From: an uncultured Acidobacteriota bacterium | GTDB taxonomy: Bacteria; Acidobacteriota; Vicinamibacteria; Vicinamibacterales; UBA2999 | Direction: 5' to 3' | DNA length: 64,000 nt | NCBI GenBank assembly: GCA_963779175.1 | Contig: CAVZXA010000003.1 | Location: forward strand, 1,025,625-1,089,624 | Shown here: in pieces, positions 23,324 to 33,324 of the stretch | How positions within the stretch are numbered: position 1 is the stretch's first letter | Layout of the letters: each line of letters opens with the position of its first letter | The notes under the pieces: model-generated | Seen by the model: only the letters and a program-made list of their open reading frames with translations | What the model was told of the DNA's origin: nothing | Databases searched by the model: none | Made by a program: the position numbers and the translations under genes

Positions 23324-24493
23324 GTGAAGATTCACGAGTATCAGGCCAAGGCCATCCTCGCGAAGTACGGCGTCGCCGTGCCGCGCGGGGAAGTGGCCCT
23401 CACGCCGCAGGACGCGGTGGAGATCGCCAAGCGGCTCGGCGGCCCGGTGGCCGTCGTCAAGGCGCAGATTCACGCCGGCGGGCGCGGCAAGGGCGGCGGC
23501 GTGAAGGTCTCGAAGGGCCTCGAGGCCGTCGAGACCAACGCCAAGGCCATCCTCGGCATGCAGCTGGTCACCCACCAGACCGGTCCCGCCGGTCAGCGCG
23601 TGGGCCGGGTGCTGGTCGAAGAGGGCCTGGCGATCGCGCGGGAACTCTACGTCGGCATGCTCGTGGATCGCGCCACGAAGAAGATCGTGCTGATGGCCAG
23701 TGCCGACGGCGGCATGGACATCGAAGAAGTCGCGGCGAAGACGCCCGAGCGCATTCACAAGGCCCTGGTCGAGCCGGGCACCGGACTGCTGCCGTTCCAG
23801 GCGCAGCAGCTGGCGTTTGCCATCGGGCTCACCGGCGACAGCGTCAAGAAGGCCACCAAGGTCATGCTGTCGCTCTACCAGGCGTTCCTGGCCTCCGACG
23901 CCTCGCTGCTCGAGATCAACCCGCTCATCGTGACCGAGAGCGGCGACCTGCTGGCGCTCGACGCCAAGATGACCATCGACGACAACGCGCTCTATCGCCA
24001 CGCGGACTTCCGCGACCTGCGCGACCTGAGCGAGGAAGACCCGCTCGAGGTCGAGGCCTCGAAGTTCTCGCTGAACTACATCCGCCTCGAAGGCAACATC
24101 GGCTGCATGGTGAACGGCGCCGGCCTGGCGATGGCGACCATGGACATCATCAAGCTGTCGGGCGGGCAGCCGGCCAACTTCCTCGACGTCGGCGGCGGCG
24201 CCAACGCCGAGCAGATCAAGAACGCCTTCAAGATCCTGATGTCCGACACCAACGTGCAGGCGGTGCTCATCAACATCTTCGGCGGCATCCTGCGCTGCGA
24301 CGTGCTGGCCGCCGGCGTGATTGCCGCGGTCAAGGACCTGGGCGTGCCGGTGCCGATCGTCATCCGCATGAAGGGCACCAACGTCGAGGAAGGGAAGAAG
24401 ATGCTCGCCGAGAGCGGCCTGAACTTCACCACCGCCGACACCATGGGTGAGGCGGCCGTGCAGGTCGTGCAGCTCGCCGGAGGCGCGCGCTAA
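23324..24493 (+). CDS. sucC: Succinyl-CoA synthetase beta subunit
   Basis: [29 protein letters not shown], and [17 protein letters not shown]. Confidence 0.95.
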   Translation: MKIHEYQAKAILAKYGVAVPRGEVALTPQDAVEIAKRLGGPVAVVKAQIHAGGRGKGGGVKVSKGLEAVETNAKAILGMQLVTHQTGPAGQRVGRVLVEEGLAIARELYVGMLVDRATKKIVLMASADGGMDIEEVAAKTPERIHKALVEPGTGLLPFQAQQLAFAIGLTGDSVKKATKVMLSLYQAFLASDASLLEINPLIVTESGDLLALDAKMTIDDNALYRHADFRDLRDLSEEDPLEVEASKFSLNYIRLEGNIGCMVNGAGLAMATMDIIKLSGGQPANFLDVGGGANAEQIKNAFKILMSDTNVQAVLINIFGGILRCDVLAAGVIAAVKDLGVPVPIVIRMKGTNVEEGKKMLAESGLNFTTADTMGEAAVQVVQLAGGAR

Positions 24494-25368
24494 TGGCGGT
24501 ACTGCTCGATTCCAACACCCGCCTCATCGTCCAGGGACTCACCGGACGCGAAGGCACGTTCCACGCCAAGGCGGCGGCCGCGTACCACACCAACGTGGTC
24601 GGCGGCGTCACCCCCGGCAAGGGCGGCACGACCCACGAAGGCTGGCCGGTCTTCAACACCGTGCAGGACGCCGTCGCGGCCACCGGCGCCAACGCCTCGG
24701 TGATCTTCGTGCCGCCGCCGTTTGCGGCCGACGCCATCATGGAAGCGGCGGACGCCGGCATCGGGCTGGTCGTCTGCATCACCGAAGGCATTCCCGTCGT
24801 CGACATGCTCAAGGCGATGACGTTCCTGAAGGCGCGGCCCGGCACCCGGCTCATCGGCCCCAACTGCCCGGGCCTCATCTCGCCCGGCAAGGGCAAGGCC
24901 GGCATCATCCCGGCGAACATCTGCAAGGAAGGCCGCATCGGCATCGTGTCGAAGAGCGGCACCCTGACCTACGAGGCGATCGACCAGCTGACCCGCCTCG
25001 GCTACGGGCAGTCGACCTGCATCGGCATCGGCGGCGATCCGCTGATCGGCACCACCCACATCGACGCCCTCAGCCTGTTCCAGGACGACCCCGACACCGA
25101 CGCCGTCATCATGATCGGCGAAATCGGCGGCTCGGCCGAGGAGGAAGCGGCGGCCTGGATCAAGGACCACTTCACCAAGCCGGTCGTGGCGTTCATCGCG
25201 GGGCAGACGGCGCCGCCCGGACGCCGCATGGGCCACGCCGGCGCGATCATCGCCGGCGGGCAGGGCACGGCCGCCGAGAAGATGGCGGCGCTGACCGCCG
25301 CCGGGGTCACCGTGGTCAAGAGCCCGGCGGATATGGCACAATCCCTCGTCGCCATCCTGAAGAAGTAA
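24493..25368 (+). CDS. sucD: Succinyl-CoA synthetase alpha subunit
   Basis: [24 protein letters not shown], and the phosphohistidine region MGHAGAII. Confidence 0.95.
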   Translation: MAVLLDSNTRLIVQGLTGREGTFHAKAAAAYHTNVVGGVTPGKGGTTHEGWPVFNTVQDAVAATGANASVIFVPPPFAADAIMEAADAGIGLVVCITEGIPVVDMLKAMTFLKARPGTRLIGPNCPGLISPGKGKAGIIPANICKEGRIGIVSKSGTLTYEAIDQLTRLGYGQSTCIGIGGDPLIGTTHIDALSLFQDDPDTDAVIMIGEIGGSAEEEAAAWIKDHFTKPVVAFIAGQTAPPGRRMGHAGAIIAGGQGTAAEKMAALTAAGVTVVKSPADMAQSLVAILKK

Positions 25369-25474
25369 GCCCATGCGCCTCCGCGTCTTCCCGTTCGTCG
25401 TTTACGTTCGCCGGCTTTACGGCCGGCCGGGGGGCCGTGTAGCGCGACGACGACCATCCGTCGACGACACACAC

Positions 25475-25515
25475 CGCCGCCCGAGCCTCCACGGTTCGGG
25501 CGGCGTTTTTCGTTT
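25475..25515 (+). terminator. Rho-independent terminator after sucD, 16 nt before the pheA ATG
   Basis: CGCCGCCCGA (25475-25484) pairs with TCGGGCGGCG (25496-25505), followed by TTTTTCGTTT. Confidence 0.7.
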
Positions 25516-25530
25516 CAGGGGGAGTTCCCG

Positions 25531-26694
25531 ATGACACCGCCACCACTGTCCGACCTGCGCCGCGCCGTCGACGACATCGACAAGGTGCTGCTGAACGCCC
25601 TGGGCGAACGCGCCCGCCTGATGCGCGACATCACGGCCGCCAAGACCGACGCCGAGCAGCCGCTGCGCGACGAGTCGCGGGAGGCGGCGCTGCTCACGCA
25701 CCGCGCTGCCTACGGCGAGCGGCTGGGGCTGGATCCGGCGCTGGTCCGGCGGCTCTATCGCGAGATTCTCGACGACGCCCTGCGCCGCCAGCGCGACTGG
25801 CTGAAAGACACGCCGCAGGACGAGGAGGCGCCGCCGCTGGCCGTGGCCTTCCAGGGCACCGAAGGCGCCTACGGCCACGAGGCGGCGGTGCGCCACTTCG
25901 GCGTCGAGCGCCGGATCGTCACCTACAAGCCGTATCGCTCGTTCCGCGAGACCCTCGAGGCGGTGCAACGCGGCGACGCGCACCGCGCCGTGCTGCCGAT
26001 CGAGAACAGCACGGCCGGATCGGTACACGAGGTCTACGACCTGCTGTTCCAGATGAACCTGTCGATCGTCGGCGAGGAGGTGATCGAGGTGCGGCATTGC
26101 CTGCTGGGCCTGCCCGGTGCCACGATGGCGGGCATCACGAAGGTGCTCTCGCATCCGCAGGCGCTGGCGCAGTGCAGCGAGTTCCTGGCCGAGCGGCCGT
26201 CGATCGAAGCCTCGCCGGCCACCAACACGGCGCTCGCCGCGCGGCGGGTGGCCGAGCTCGCCGACCCCAGCCAGGCCGCCATCGCCAGCGCCGAAGCCGG
26301 GGACCGCTACGGTCTGGTCGTGCTGGCCCGCGACATCGCCAACCAGGCCGTGAACCTGACCCGCTTCGTGGTGGTCTCGGCAGCCCCGATGGACTGCGAC
26401 CCGAAGGTGGACGCCAAGGTGGCGCTGGTCTTCGGCACCCGCCACGAACGCGGCGCGCTGGTGCGGTGCCTCAACGTGCTGGCCGACGAGGGGGTCAGCC
26501 TGACCAAGCTCGAGTCGCGGCCCCGCCCGGGCGTGGCGTGGGAGTACGTGTTCTACGTCGACGTCGAGGGGCATCTGGCCGAACCGCGCATCCAGGCCGC
26601 CCTGACCCGGCTGACCGGGGCCACCCAGTTCGTGCGCCTGCTCGGGTGTTTCCCCCGGGCCATCGGCACGGCGGGCGAGCCGGCACAGGTATAA
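25531..26694 (+). CDS. pheA: Bifunctional chorismate mutase / prephenate dehydratase (P-protein)
   Basis: N-terminal CM helix (LRRAVDDIDKVLLNALGERARL), PDT domain (VAFQGTEGAYGHEAA, IENSTAGSV), and a C-terminal ACT domain (ESRP). SD GGGGGAG at 25518-25524. Confidence 0.85.
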   Translation: MTPPPLSDLRRAVDDIDKVLLNALGERARLMRDITAAKTDAEQPLRDESREAALLTHRAAYGERLGLDPALVRRLYREILDDALRRQRDWLKDTPQDEEAPPLAVAFQGTEGAYGHEAAVRHFGVERRIVTYKPYRSFRETLEAVQRGDAHRAVLPIENSTAGSVHEVYDLLFQMNLSIVGEEVIEVRHCLLGLPGATMAGITKVLSHPQALAQCSEFLAERPSIEASPATNTALAARRVAELADPSQAAIASAEAGDRYGLVVLARDIANQAVNLTRFVVVSAAPMDCDPKVDAKVALVFGTRHERGALVRCLNVLADEGVSLTKLESRPRPGVAWEYVFYVDVEGHLAEPRIQAALTRLTGATQFVRLLGCFPRAIGTAGEPAQV

Positions 26695-26695
26695 T
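26690..26695 (+). promoter_or_regulatory. Candidate -10 box (perfect TATAAT) overlapping the pheA TAA stop, 10 nt before the ndk ATG
   Basis: GGTATAATTGGCAGGATATG. Confidence 0.3.
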
Positions 26696-26704
26696 TGGCA
26701 GGAT

Positions 26705-27118
26705 ATGCAGCGAACATTTGCCATCATCAAACCAGATGCCGTCCGTGCCGGGTCGATGGGGAAGATCCTCTCCCGCGTCGAAGCCGAAGGATTCGCCGTG
26801 CGTGCCGCGCGGATGATCCACATGTCGAAGGCCGAAGCCGAGGGCTTCTACCACGTCCACCAGGCGCGTCCGTTCTTCGGCGCCCTCACCGACTTCATGT
26901 CGTCGGGGCCCTGCCTGGTGCTGTGCCTCGAAGCGCCCGACGCCATCAAGAAGTGGCGCGACCTGATGGGCGCGACCGATCCGGCCAAGGCCGAGGCCGG
27001 CAGCCTGCGCAAGGAGTTCGGCGCCTCGATCGACAACAACGCGACGCACGGGTCGGACGCGCCGGAGACGGCGGCCTTCGAGCTCGGCTACTTCTTCCGC
27101 GGCATGGAGCTGCGCTAG
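26705..27118 (+). CDS. ndk: Nucleoside diphosphate kinase
   Basis: RTFAIIKPDAV and NATHGSD (active-site His). Confidence 0.95.
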   Translation: MQRTFAIIKPDAVRAGSMGKILSRVEAEGFAVRAARMIHMSKAEAEGFYHVHQARPFFGALTDFMSSGPCLVLCLEAPDAIKKWRDLMGATDPAKAEAGSLRKEFGASIDNNATHGSDAPETAAFELGYFFRGMELR

Positions 27119-27125
27119 CGCCGTC

Positions 27126-27320
27126 GTGGGCCCGGTCCTGGTCGTTCTCGGGGTGGCGGTCGCCGCGGTGGGCGCCCTGGTGTGGCTGGGCGTCCCGCTC
27201 GGCCGCCTGCCCGGCGACATCAGCATCGAGCGCGAGGGCTTCCGTCTCTACGTGCCCATCACGACGTCTCTGCTCGTGAGCGGGGCCTTCATGCTCGTCA
27301 GCTGGCTGCTCCGGCGCTAG
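27126..27320 (+). CDS. DUF2905-family small membrane protein
   Basis: 64 aa with two TMs and a central GRLPGDI motif. Confidence 0.6.
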   Translation: MGPVLVVLGVAVAAVGALVWLGVPLGRLPGDISIEREGFRLYVPITTSLLVSGAFMLVSWLLRR

Positions 27321-27344
27321 GCGGAGCAAAGATCGAGGAGTGCG

Positions 27345-27899
27345 ATGGCGATCAAGAGCGACCGCTGGATTCGGCGCATGGCGCTGGAACACGGGATGAT
27401 CGAGCCGTTTGAAGACCGCCAGGTGCGCGCCGGCGTGGTCTCGTTCGGGCTGTCGTCCTACGGCTACGACACGCGCGTGGCCGACGAGTTCAAGGTCTTC
27501 ACGAACGTCTACAACACGGTCGTCGATCCGAAGAACTTCGATCCGAAATCTTTCGTGGACATCCAGGCCCTCGAGTGCATCGTGCCGCCGAACTCCTTCG
27601 CGCTGGCGCGCACCATCGAGTACTTCCGCATCCCGCGCGACGTGCTCACGGTGTGCCTCGGCAAGAGCACCTACGCGCGTTGCGGCATCATCGTGAACGT
27701 GACCCCCTTCGAGCCCGAATGGGAAGGGCACGTCACCATCGAGATCTCGAACACGACGCCGCTGCCGGCCAAGATCTACGCCAACGAAGGCATCGCGCAG
27801 GTGCTGTTCTTCCAGAGCGACGAGCCGTGCGAGGTGTCCTACAAGGACAAGGCGGGGAAGTACCAGCAGCAGCGCGGCGTGACGCTGCCGAAGATCTAG
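27345..27899 (+). CDS. dcd: dCTP deaminase
   Basis: IKSDRWI and [10 protein letters not shown]...[14 protein letters not shown]. Confidence 0.9.
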   Translation: MAIKSDRWIRRMALEHGMIEPFEDRQVRAGVVSFGLSSYGYDTRVADEFKVFTNVYNTVVDPKNFDPKSFVDIQALECIVPPNSFALARTIEYFRIPRDVLTVCLGKSTYARCGIIVNVTPFEPEWEGHVTIEISNTTPLPAKIYANEGIAQVLFFQSDEPCEVSYKDKAGKYQQQRGVTLPKI

Positions 27900-27928
27900 C
27901 GGCTAGGGGCTAGCGGCTCGCGGCTAGA
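27896..27928 (+). repeat. CTAG heptamer array (CTAGC GGCTAGG GGCTAGC GGCTCGC GGCTAGA) starting at the dcd stop codon
   Basis: Read directly from the sequence. TAG at 27897, 27904 and 27911 covers all three frames. Confidence 0.8.
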
Positions 27929-27953
27929 CTCGACGCAAGCGGTCAGGAACACG

Positions 27954-28502
27954 ATGTTACGCAGCTACAAGGGCACGACTCCGACGGTGGATGCCACGGC
28001 GTTCGTGGACTCGTCTGCCCAGGTGATCGGCGACGTCCACATCGGCGCCGAGTCGTCGGTGTGGATGAACGTGGTGCTGCGGGGCGACGTCCACACTATC
28101 CGCATCGGCGCGCGCTCGAACATCCAGGATCTGACGATGGTGCACGTGATGCGCGACACGCACCCGACCACCATCGGCGACGAGGTCACCGTGGGCCATT
28201 CGGCGGTGCTGCACGGGTGCACGATCGAGAGCCGCTGCCTCATCGGCATGGGCGCGATGCTGCTGAACGGCGCCCATATCGGCGCTGATTCGATCGTCGC
28301 GGCCGGCAGCCTGGTGACCGAAGGCATGCACATTCCGCCGCGGTCGCTCGTGATGGGACGCCCCGCGAAGGTGAAGCGGGCCCTGACCGACGACGAGGTC
28401 GCCGAGATCCGCTGGTACGCCGACAACTACGTGGGCTATCGGCTCGACTACCTGGCCGGAGAGACCGCCACACCCGACATCCGGCCGGAGGGGCGGTCAT
28501 GA
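27954..28502 (+). CDS. Gamma-class carbonic anhydrase family (hexapeptide-repeat) protein
   Basis: Left-handed beta-helix hexapeptides, with VIGDVHIG, SVWMNVVLRGD and VGHSAVLHGC. Confidence 0.8.
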   Translation: MLRSYKGTTPTVDATAFVDSSAQVIGDVHIGAESSVWMNVVLRGDVHTIRIGARSNIQDLTMVHVMRDTHPTTIGDEVTVGHSAVLHGCTIESRCLIGMGAMLLNGAHIGADSIVAAGSLVTEGMHIPPRSLVMGRPAKVKRALTDDEVAEIRWYADNYVGYRLDYLAGETATPDIRPEGRS

Positions 28503-28603
28503 GGGCGGCGCGCCGGATGTCGCGCCCCGCGAAGCGGGGCCATTCAACACAGTCATCAGCGGCCTGGAGCCGTCGTCGTCATTCCATGGCGGCAGGTCGC
28601 TGA

Positions 28604-29965
28604 ATGGGCGTCTCCACCAAGCCGGCGCGCGGCATGCGCGACTTCCTGCCGGCCGACGTCCGCCGCCGCCAGTACGTCATCGGCGTCGTCGCCGCGGTCT
28701 TCGAGAGCTACGGCTTCGAACCGCTCGAGACGCCGGCGGTCGAGAACATCGAGACCCTCACCGGCAAATACGGCGAAGAAGGCGATCGCCTCATCTTCAA
28801 GATCCTGAAGCGCGGGGAAGGGGCCGGCACCGGTGAGGCCGACCTGGCGCTGCGCTACGACCTGACGGTGCCGCTGTCACGCGTGGTGGCCGAACACCGC
28901 GCCGCGCTGCCGAAGTATTTCAAGCGCTATCAGGTGCAGCCGGTGTGGCGCGCCGACCGGCCGCAGAAGGGCCGCTTCCGCGAGTTCTACCAGTGCGATG
29001 TCGATGCCACGGGATCGACCTCGATGGCGGTCGAAGCTGAACTGCTGGCGGCTGGCGCCGATGTGCTCACGCGGCTCGGCTTCACCGACTTCACCATCCG
29101 CCTGAATCACCGGCGGCTGCTGGCAGCGATTCTCGACGTCGCCGGCGTGCCGGCCGACCTGCACGGCACGGCCCTCATCGCCCTCGACAAGGCCGACAAG
29201 ATCGGCCGCGAGGCTGTGGTCACCGAGATGACCACCCGCGGCGTGACCGACACCGCGGCGGCGACGCTCGTCTCCTTTCTCTTCGGGCTCAACGACGCGG
29301 CCAACGGACCGGCGCTCGATGCCGTCGCGGCGTTCGTGGGCGCCCACGAAGGCGGCGTGGCGGCGGTCGCCGACCTGCGCGAGATCCTGTCGCTGGTCGC
29401 GCCGCTGTCGGCCAACCCGCACGTCCGCATCGACGCCACGCTGGCGCGCGGCCTTGGCTACTACACGGGCGCCATCTTCGAGATCGCGGTCGCGGATCTG
29501 GCGGGGAGCCTTGGCGGCGGCGGCCGGTATGACGACCTGGTCGGCATGTTCCTCGGCCAGAAGGTGCCGGCCTGCGGCCTCTCGCTCGGCCTCGAGCGCA
29601 TCCTGGTCGTGATGACCGAGCGCGGGATGTTCCCGGCCACGGTCGAACGCGCGCCGGCGACGGTGCTGGTCGCCAATTTCGATGCCGACGCGGTGGGCGA
29701 CACGCTGGCGCTGGCGGCTCAGCTGCGGCGCGGCGACGGCGGCACGCCGCTGGCCGTCGAGGTCTATCCCGACACCGACAAGCTCGGCAAGCAGTTCAAA
29801 TACGCCGCCGACCGCGGTATTCCGTTCGTGGCGGTGGTCGGGACCGAGGAGCGCCGGCAGGGCCAGGTGACGGTGAAGTCGCTCGGCACCGGCGGGCAGG
29901 AGGCCGTGGCGCGCGACCGCGCGGCCGAATACATCGTTACGCACATGGGGACCTCACGTGGCTGA
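28604..29965 (+). CDS. hisS: Histidine--tRNA ligase
   Basis: GMRDFLP, FREFYQCD, GGGGRYDDL, and a C-terminal anticodon-binding domain. Confidence 0.9.
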   Translation: MGVSTKPARGMRDFLPADVRRRQYVIGVVAAVFESYGFEPLETPAVENIETLTGKYGEEGDRLIFKILKRGEGAGTGEADLALRYDLTVPLSRVVAEHRAALPKYFKRYQVQPVWRADRPQKGRFREFYQCDVDATGSTSMAVEAELLAAGADVLTRLGFTDFTIRLNHRRLLAAILDVAGVPADLHGTALIALDKADKIGREAVVTEMTTRGVTDTAAATLVSFLFGLNDAANGPALDAVAAFVGAHEGGVAAVADLREILSLVAPLSANPHVRIDATLARGLGYYTGAIFEIAVADLAGSLGGGGRYDDLVGMFLGQKVPACGLSLGLERILVVMTERGMFPATVERAPATVLVANFDADAVGDTLALAAQLRRGDGGTPLAVEVYPDTDKLGKQFKYAADRGIPFVAVVGTEERRQGQVTVKSLGTGGQEAVARDRAAEYIVTHMGTSRG

Positions 29966-31724
29966 GCAACTTGGATCTCTCGCCCGCACGCACACCTGCG
30001 GCGCTCTCAGGGTGGCCGATGTCGGCGCCCGCACCGTGCTCCTCGGCTGGGTGCAGAAGATCCGCGACCTCGGGTCGATCATCTTCCTCGACATCCGTGA
30101 CCGCCACGGCGTCACGCAGGTGGTCGTGCAGGACGACGCCGAGTTGCTCGAGCGCGCCAAGCGGTTCCGCAGCGAGTTCGTGGTCGGCATCGAAGGCGTG
30201 GTCGAACGCCGCGCCGCCGAGACCGTGAATGCGAAGCTGCCGACCGGCGAAGTGGAGGTGCGCGCCAGCGGCCTGCGCCTGCTGAATGAAGCGAAGACGC
30301 CGCCGTTTCCCATCGGCGACGAGCAGAACGTCTCGGAAGAGACGCGCCTGAAGTACCGCTACCTCGATCTGCGCCGGCCGCAGCTGCAGAAGAACATCAT
30401 GCTGCGTCACAAGGTGACGATGGCGATGCGCCGCTACTTCGACGACCAGGGGTTCCTCGACATCGAGACGCCGATCCTCACCAAGTCGACGCCCGAAGGG
30501 GCGCGCGACTTCCTGGTGCCGAGCCGCGTGCATCCGGGCGAGTTCTACGCGTTGCCGCAGTCGCCGCAGCTCTTCAAGCAGATCCTCATGATTGCGGGCA
30601 TGGACCGCTACGTGCAGATCGCCCGCTGCTTCCGCGACGAGGCCCTGCGCGCCGACCGCCAGCTCGAGTTCACGCAGATCGACCTCGAGATTTCCTTTGC
30701 GACGCCGGAGCTGGTCTACGGGATCGTCGAAGGCGCGCTGGCCGCGGCGTTCCATGAGATCGGCGTGACGATCGCCCGGCCCTTCCGCCGCATGCCGTAT
30801 GCCGAGGCCATCGCGGTCTACGGTTCGGACAAACCCGACCTGCGCTTCGACCTGAAGATCCAGGACGTCGGCGCGCTGTTTACGGAGTCGCCGTTCGGCA
30901 TCTTCCGCGAGGCCGTGGCCCACGGCGGCACGGTGCGCGGCTTCGTGATCCCGGCAGCGGCGGGGGTGTCGCGCCGCGAGATCGACGAGCTGGTCGAGAT
31001 GGCGAAGCAGGCCGGTGCCGCCGGACTCGTCACCCTCCGGCGCACGGCCGAGGGCGTGCGCAGCTCGGCCAAGGACATCGGCGACGCGACCACGGTCGCG
31101 GTGCTCGAGGCCATGGGCGCCGACGCCGCGGATCTCGTGGTGCTGGCGTCCGGAGCGGCCGACGCCACCTCGAAGGTGCTGGGGCAGCTCCGCCTGGCCG
31201 TGGCGAAGAAACGTGGCCTCATCCCCGAGGGCGCCTGGGAACTGCTCTGGGTCACCGACTTCCCGCTGTTCGAGTGGAACACCGACGAGCAGCGGTGGGA
31301 TTCGCTGCATCATCCGTTCACCTCGCCCCGCGAGGAGGACCTGGCGAAGCTGGCGTCCGACCCGGGCAGCGTCCGCGCGCGGGCCTACGACGTCGTGCTC
31401 AACGGCTGGGAACTGGGCGGCGGCAGCATCCGGATCCATGACCGCGAGACCCAGGCCACGGTGTTCCGGCTGCTGGGGCTCAGCGACGAGCAGGCGAAGC
31501 TGCGCTTCGGCTTCTTCCTCGAGGCGCTCGAATACGGCACCCCGCCCCACGGCGGCCTGGCGCTCGGCCTCGACCGCATCGTGGCCATGCTGGCCGGCGA
31601 GAGCTCGATTCGCGAGGTCATCCCGTTCCCGAAGACCACCCAGGCCGTGGACCTCATGAGCGACGCGCCCTCCACGGTGGACGCCGCGCAGCTCAGGGAA
31701 CTGCGCCTGCGCACCGAGGCTTGA
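29958..31724 (+). CDS. aspS: Aspartate--tRNA ligase
   Basis: OB-fold N-terminus, FYALPQSPQLFKQ, QIARCFRDE, and GGGSIRIH...PPHGGLALGLDR. Confidence 0.95.
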   Translation: MAEQLGSLARTHTCGALRVADVGARTVLLGWVQKIRDLGSIIFLDIRDRHGVTQVVVQDDAELLERAKRFRSEFVVGIEGVVERRAAETVNAKLPTGEVEVRASGLRLLNEAKTPPFPIGDEQNVSEETRLKYRYLDLRRPQLQKNIMLRHKVTMAMRRYFDDQGFLDIETPILTKSTPEGARDFLVPSRVHPGEFYALPQSPQLFKQILMIAGMDRYVQIARCFRDEALRADRQLEFTQIDLEISFATPELVYGIVEGALAAAFHEIGVTIARPFRRMPYAEAIAVYGSDKPDLRFDLKIQDVGALFTESPFGIFREAVAHGGTVRGFVIPAAAGVSRREIDELVEMAKQAGAAGLVTLRRTAEGVRSSAKDIGDATTVAVLEAMGADAADLVVLASGAADATSKVLGQLRLAVAKKRGLIPEGAWELLWVTDFPLFEWNTDEQRWDSLHHPFTSPREEDLAKLASDPGSVRARAYDVVLNGWELGGGSIRIHDRETQATVFRLLGLSDEQAKLRFGFFLEALEYGTPPHGGLALGLDRIVAMLAGESSIREVIPFPKTTQAVDLMSDAPSTVDAAQLRELRLRTEA

Positions 31725-31752
31725 CCCGGCGGCGGAGGGCACGCTACGATTC

Positions 31753-31780
31753 TTGAGTCAGAAAGTAAGTTACTGATACT
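31753..31780 (+). promoter_or_regulatory. Weak sigma70-like promoter candidate (TTGAGT-N16-GATACT) in an AT-rich gap before phoH
   Basis: This is the only clearly low-GC stretch in the vicinity. It matches each hexamer 4/6. Confidence 0.25.
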
Positions 31781-31795
31781 GAAGGAGATATCGGC

Positions 31796-32767
<972 letters not shown>

Positions 32768-32769
32768 CC

Positions 32770-33324
32770 GTGCTGGAGGTGGCCATCGTCGCTGCTCCCG
32801 CGGACCGGGCCGCCGTTCGCGGCCTCGGCCCCTGGCTGGCGCGCACGGCGCCGCGGGCGCTGCGCGGCACCATCACCGTTGCGCTCGTGACCGACGCACG
32901 CATGCGCGCGCTCAACACGCAGTTCCGGCAGGTCCACGCCGCCACCGACGTCCTCTCGTTCCCCGCCGCCTTCGCCAAGGCGGCGGCGCCCAAGGCCGTC
33001 GCGGGCGTGTCGTCTGATCCCGATCGGACGCCCGCTTCGGCGAGGGCCTTCGGCCCCGGACATTTCGCAGGCGACCTCGGCGACATCGCCATCGCCCGCG
33101 GCGTCGCCGCCCGGCAGGCGAAAGCCGCCGGGCACACGCTGGCCACCGAAGTGCGCGTGCTGGCCCTGCACGGCCTGTTGCACCTGGCCGGCTACGACCA
33201 CGAGACCGACGACGGCGAGATGGCGCGGGTCGAAGCGCGTCTGCGTCGCAAGGGCGGCCTCGCCGGCGGCCTGATCGAGCGCGCGAAGACGCCGGCCGCG
33301 GCAGCCAGGCGGCCCCGGCCATGA
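32770..33324 (+). CDS. ybeY: rRNA maturation endoribonuclease YbeY
   Basis: ALHGLLHLAGYDHE zinc motif. GTG 32770 lies just after the phoH stop. Carries a ~30-aa Ala/Pro insertion. Confidence 0.85.
   Translation: MLEVAIVAAPADRAAVRGLGPWLARTAPRALRGTITVALVTDARMRALNTQFRQVHAATDVLSFPAAFAKAAAPKAVAGVSSDPDRTPASARAFGPGHFAGDLGDIAIARGVAARQAKAAGHTLATEVRVLALHGLLHLAGYDHETDDGEMARVEARLRRKGGLAGGLIERAKTPAAAARRPRP

Noticed and set aside
25373-25442. A classical Phe-rich leader peptide (pheL-type attenuator) before pheA.
   Set aside because: The uORF has only two Phe and two Tyr codons, not in a run, and I could not draw an obvious anti-terminator alternative pairing by eye. It is kept only as a low-confidence translational-coupling idea.
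28524-28540. Hairpin GCCCCGC-gaa-GCGGGGC after the gamma-CA-family gene as a terminator.
   Set aside because: The stem is only 7 bp with no U-tract, which is too weak to call in GC-rich DNA.
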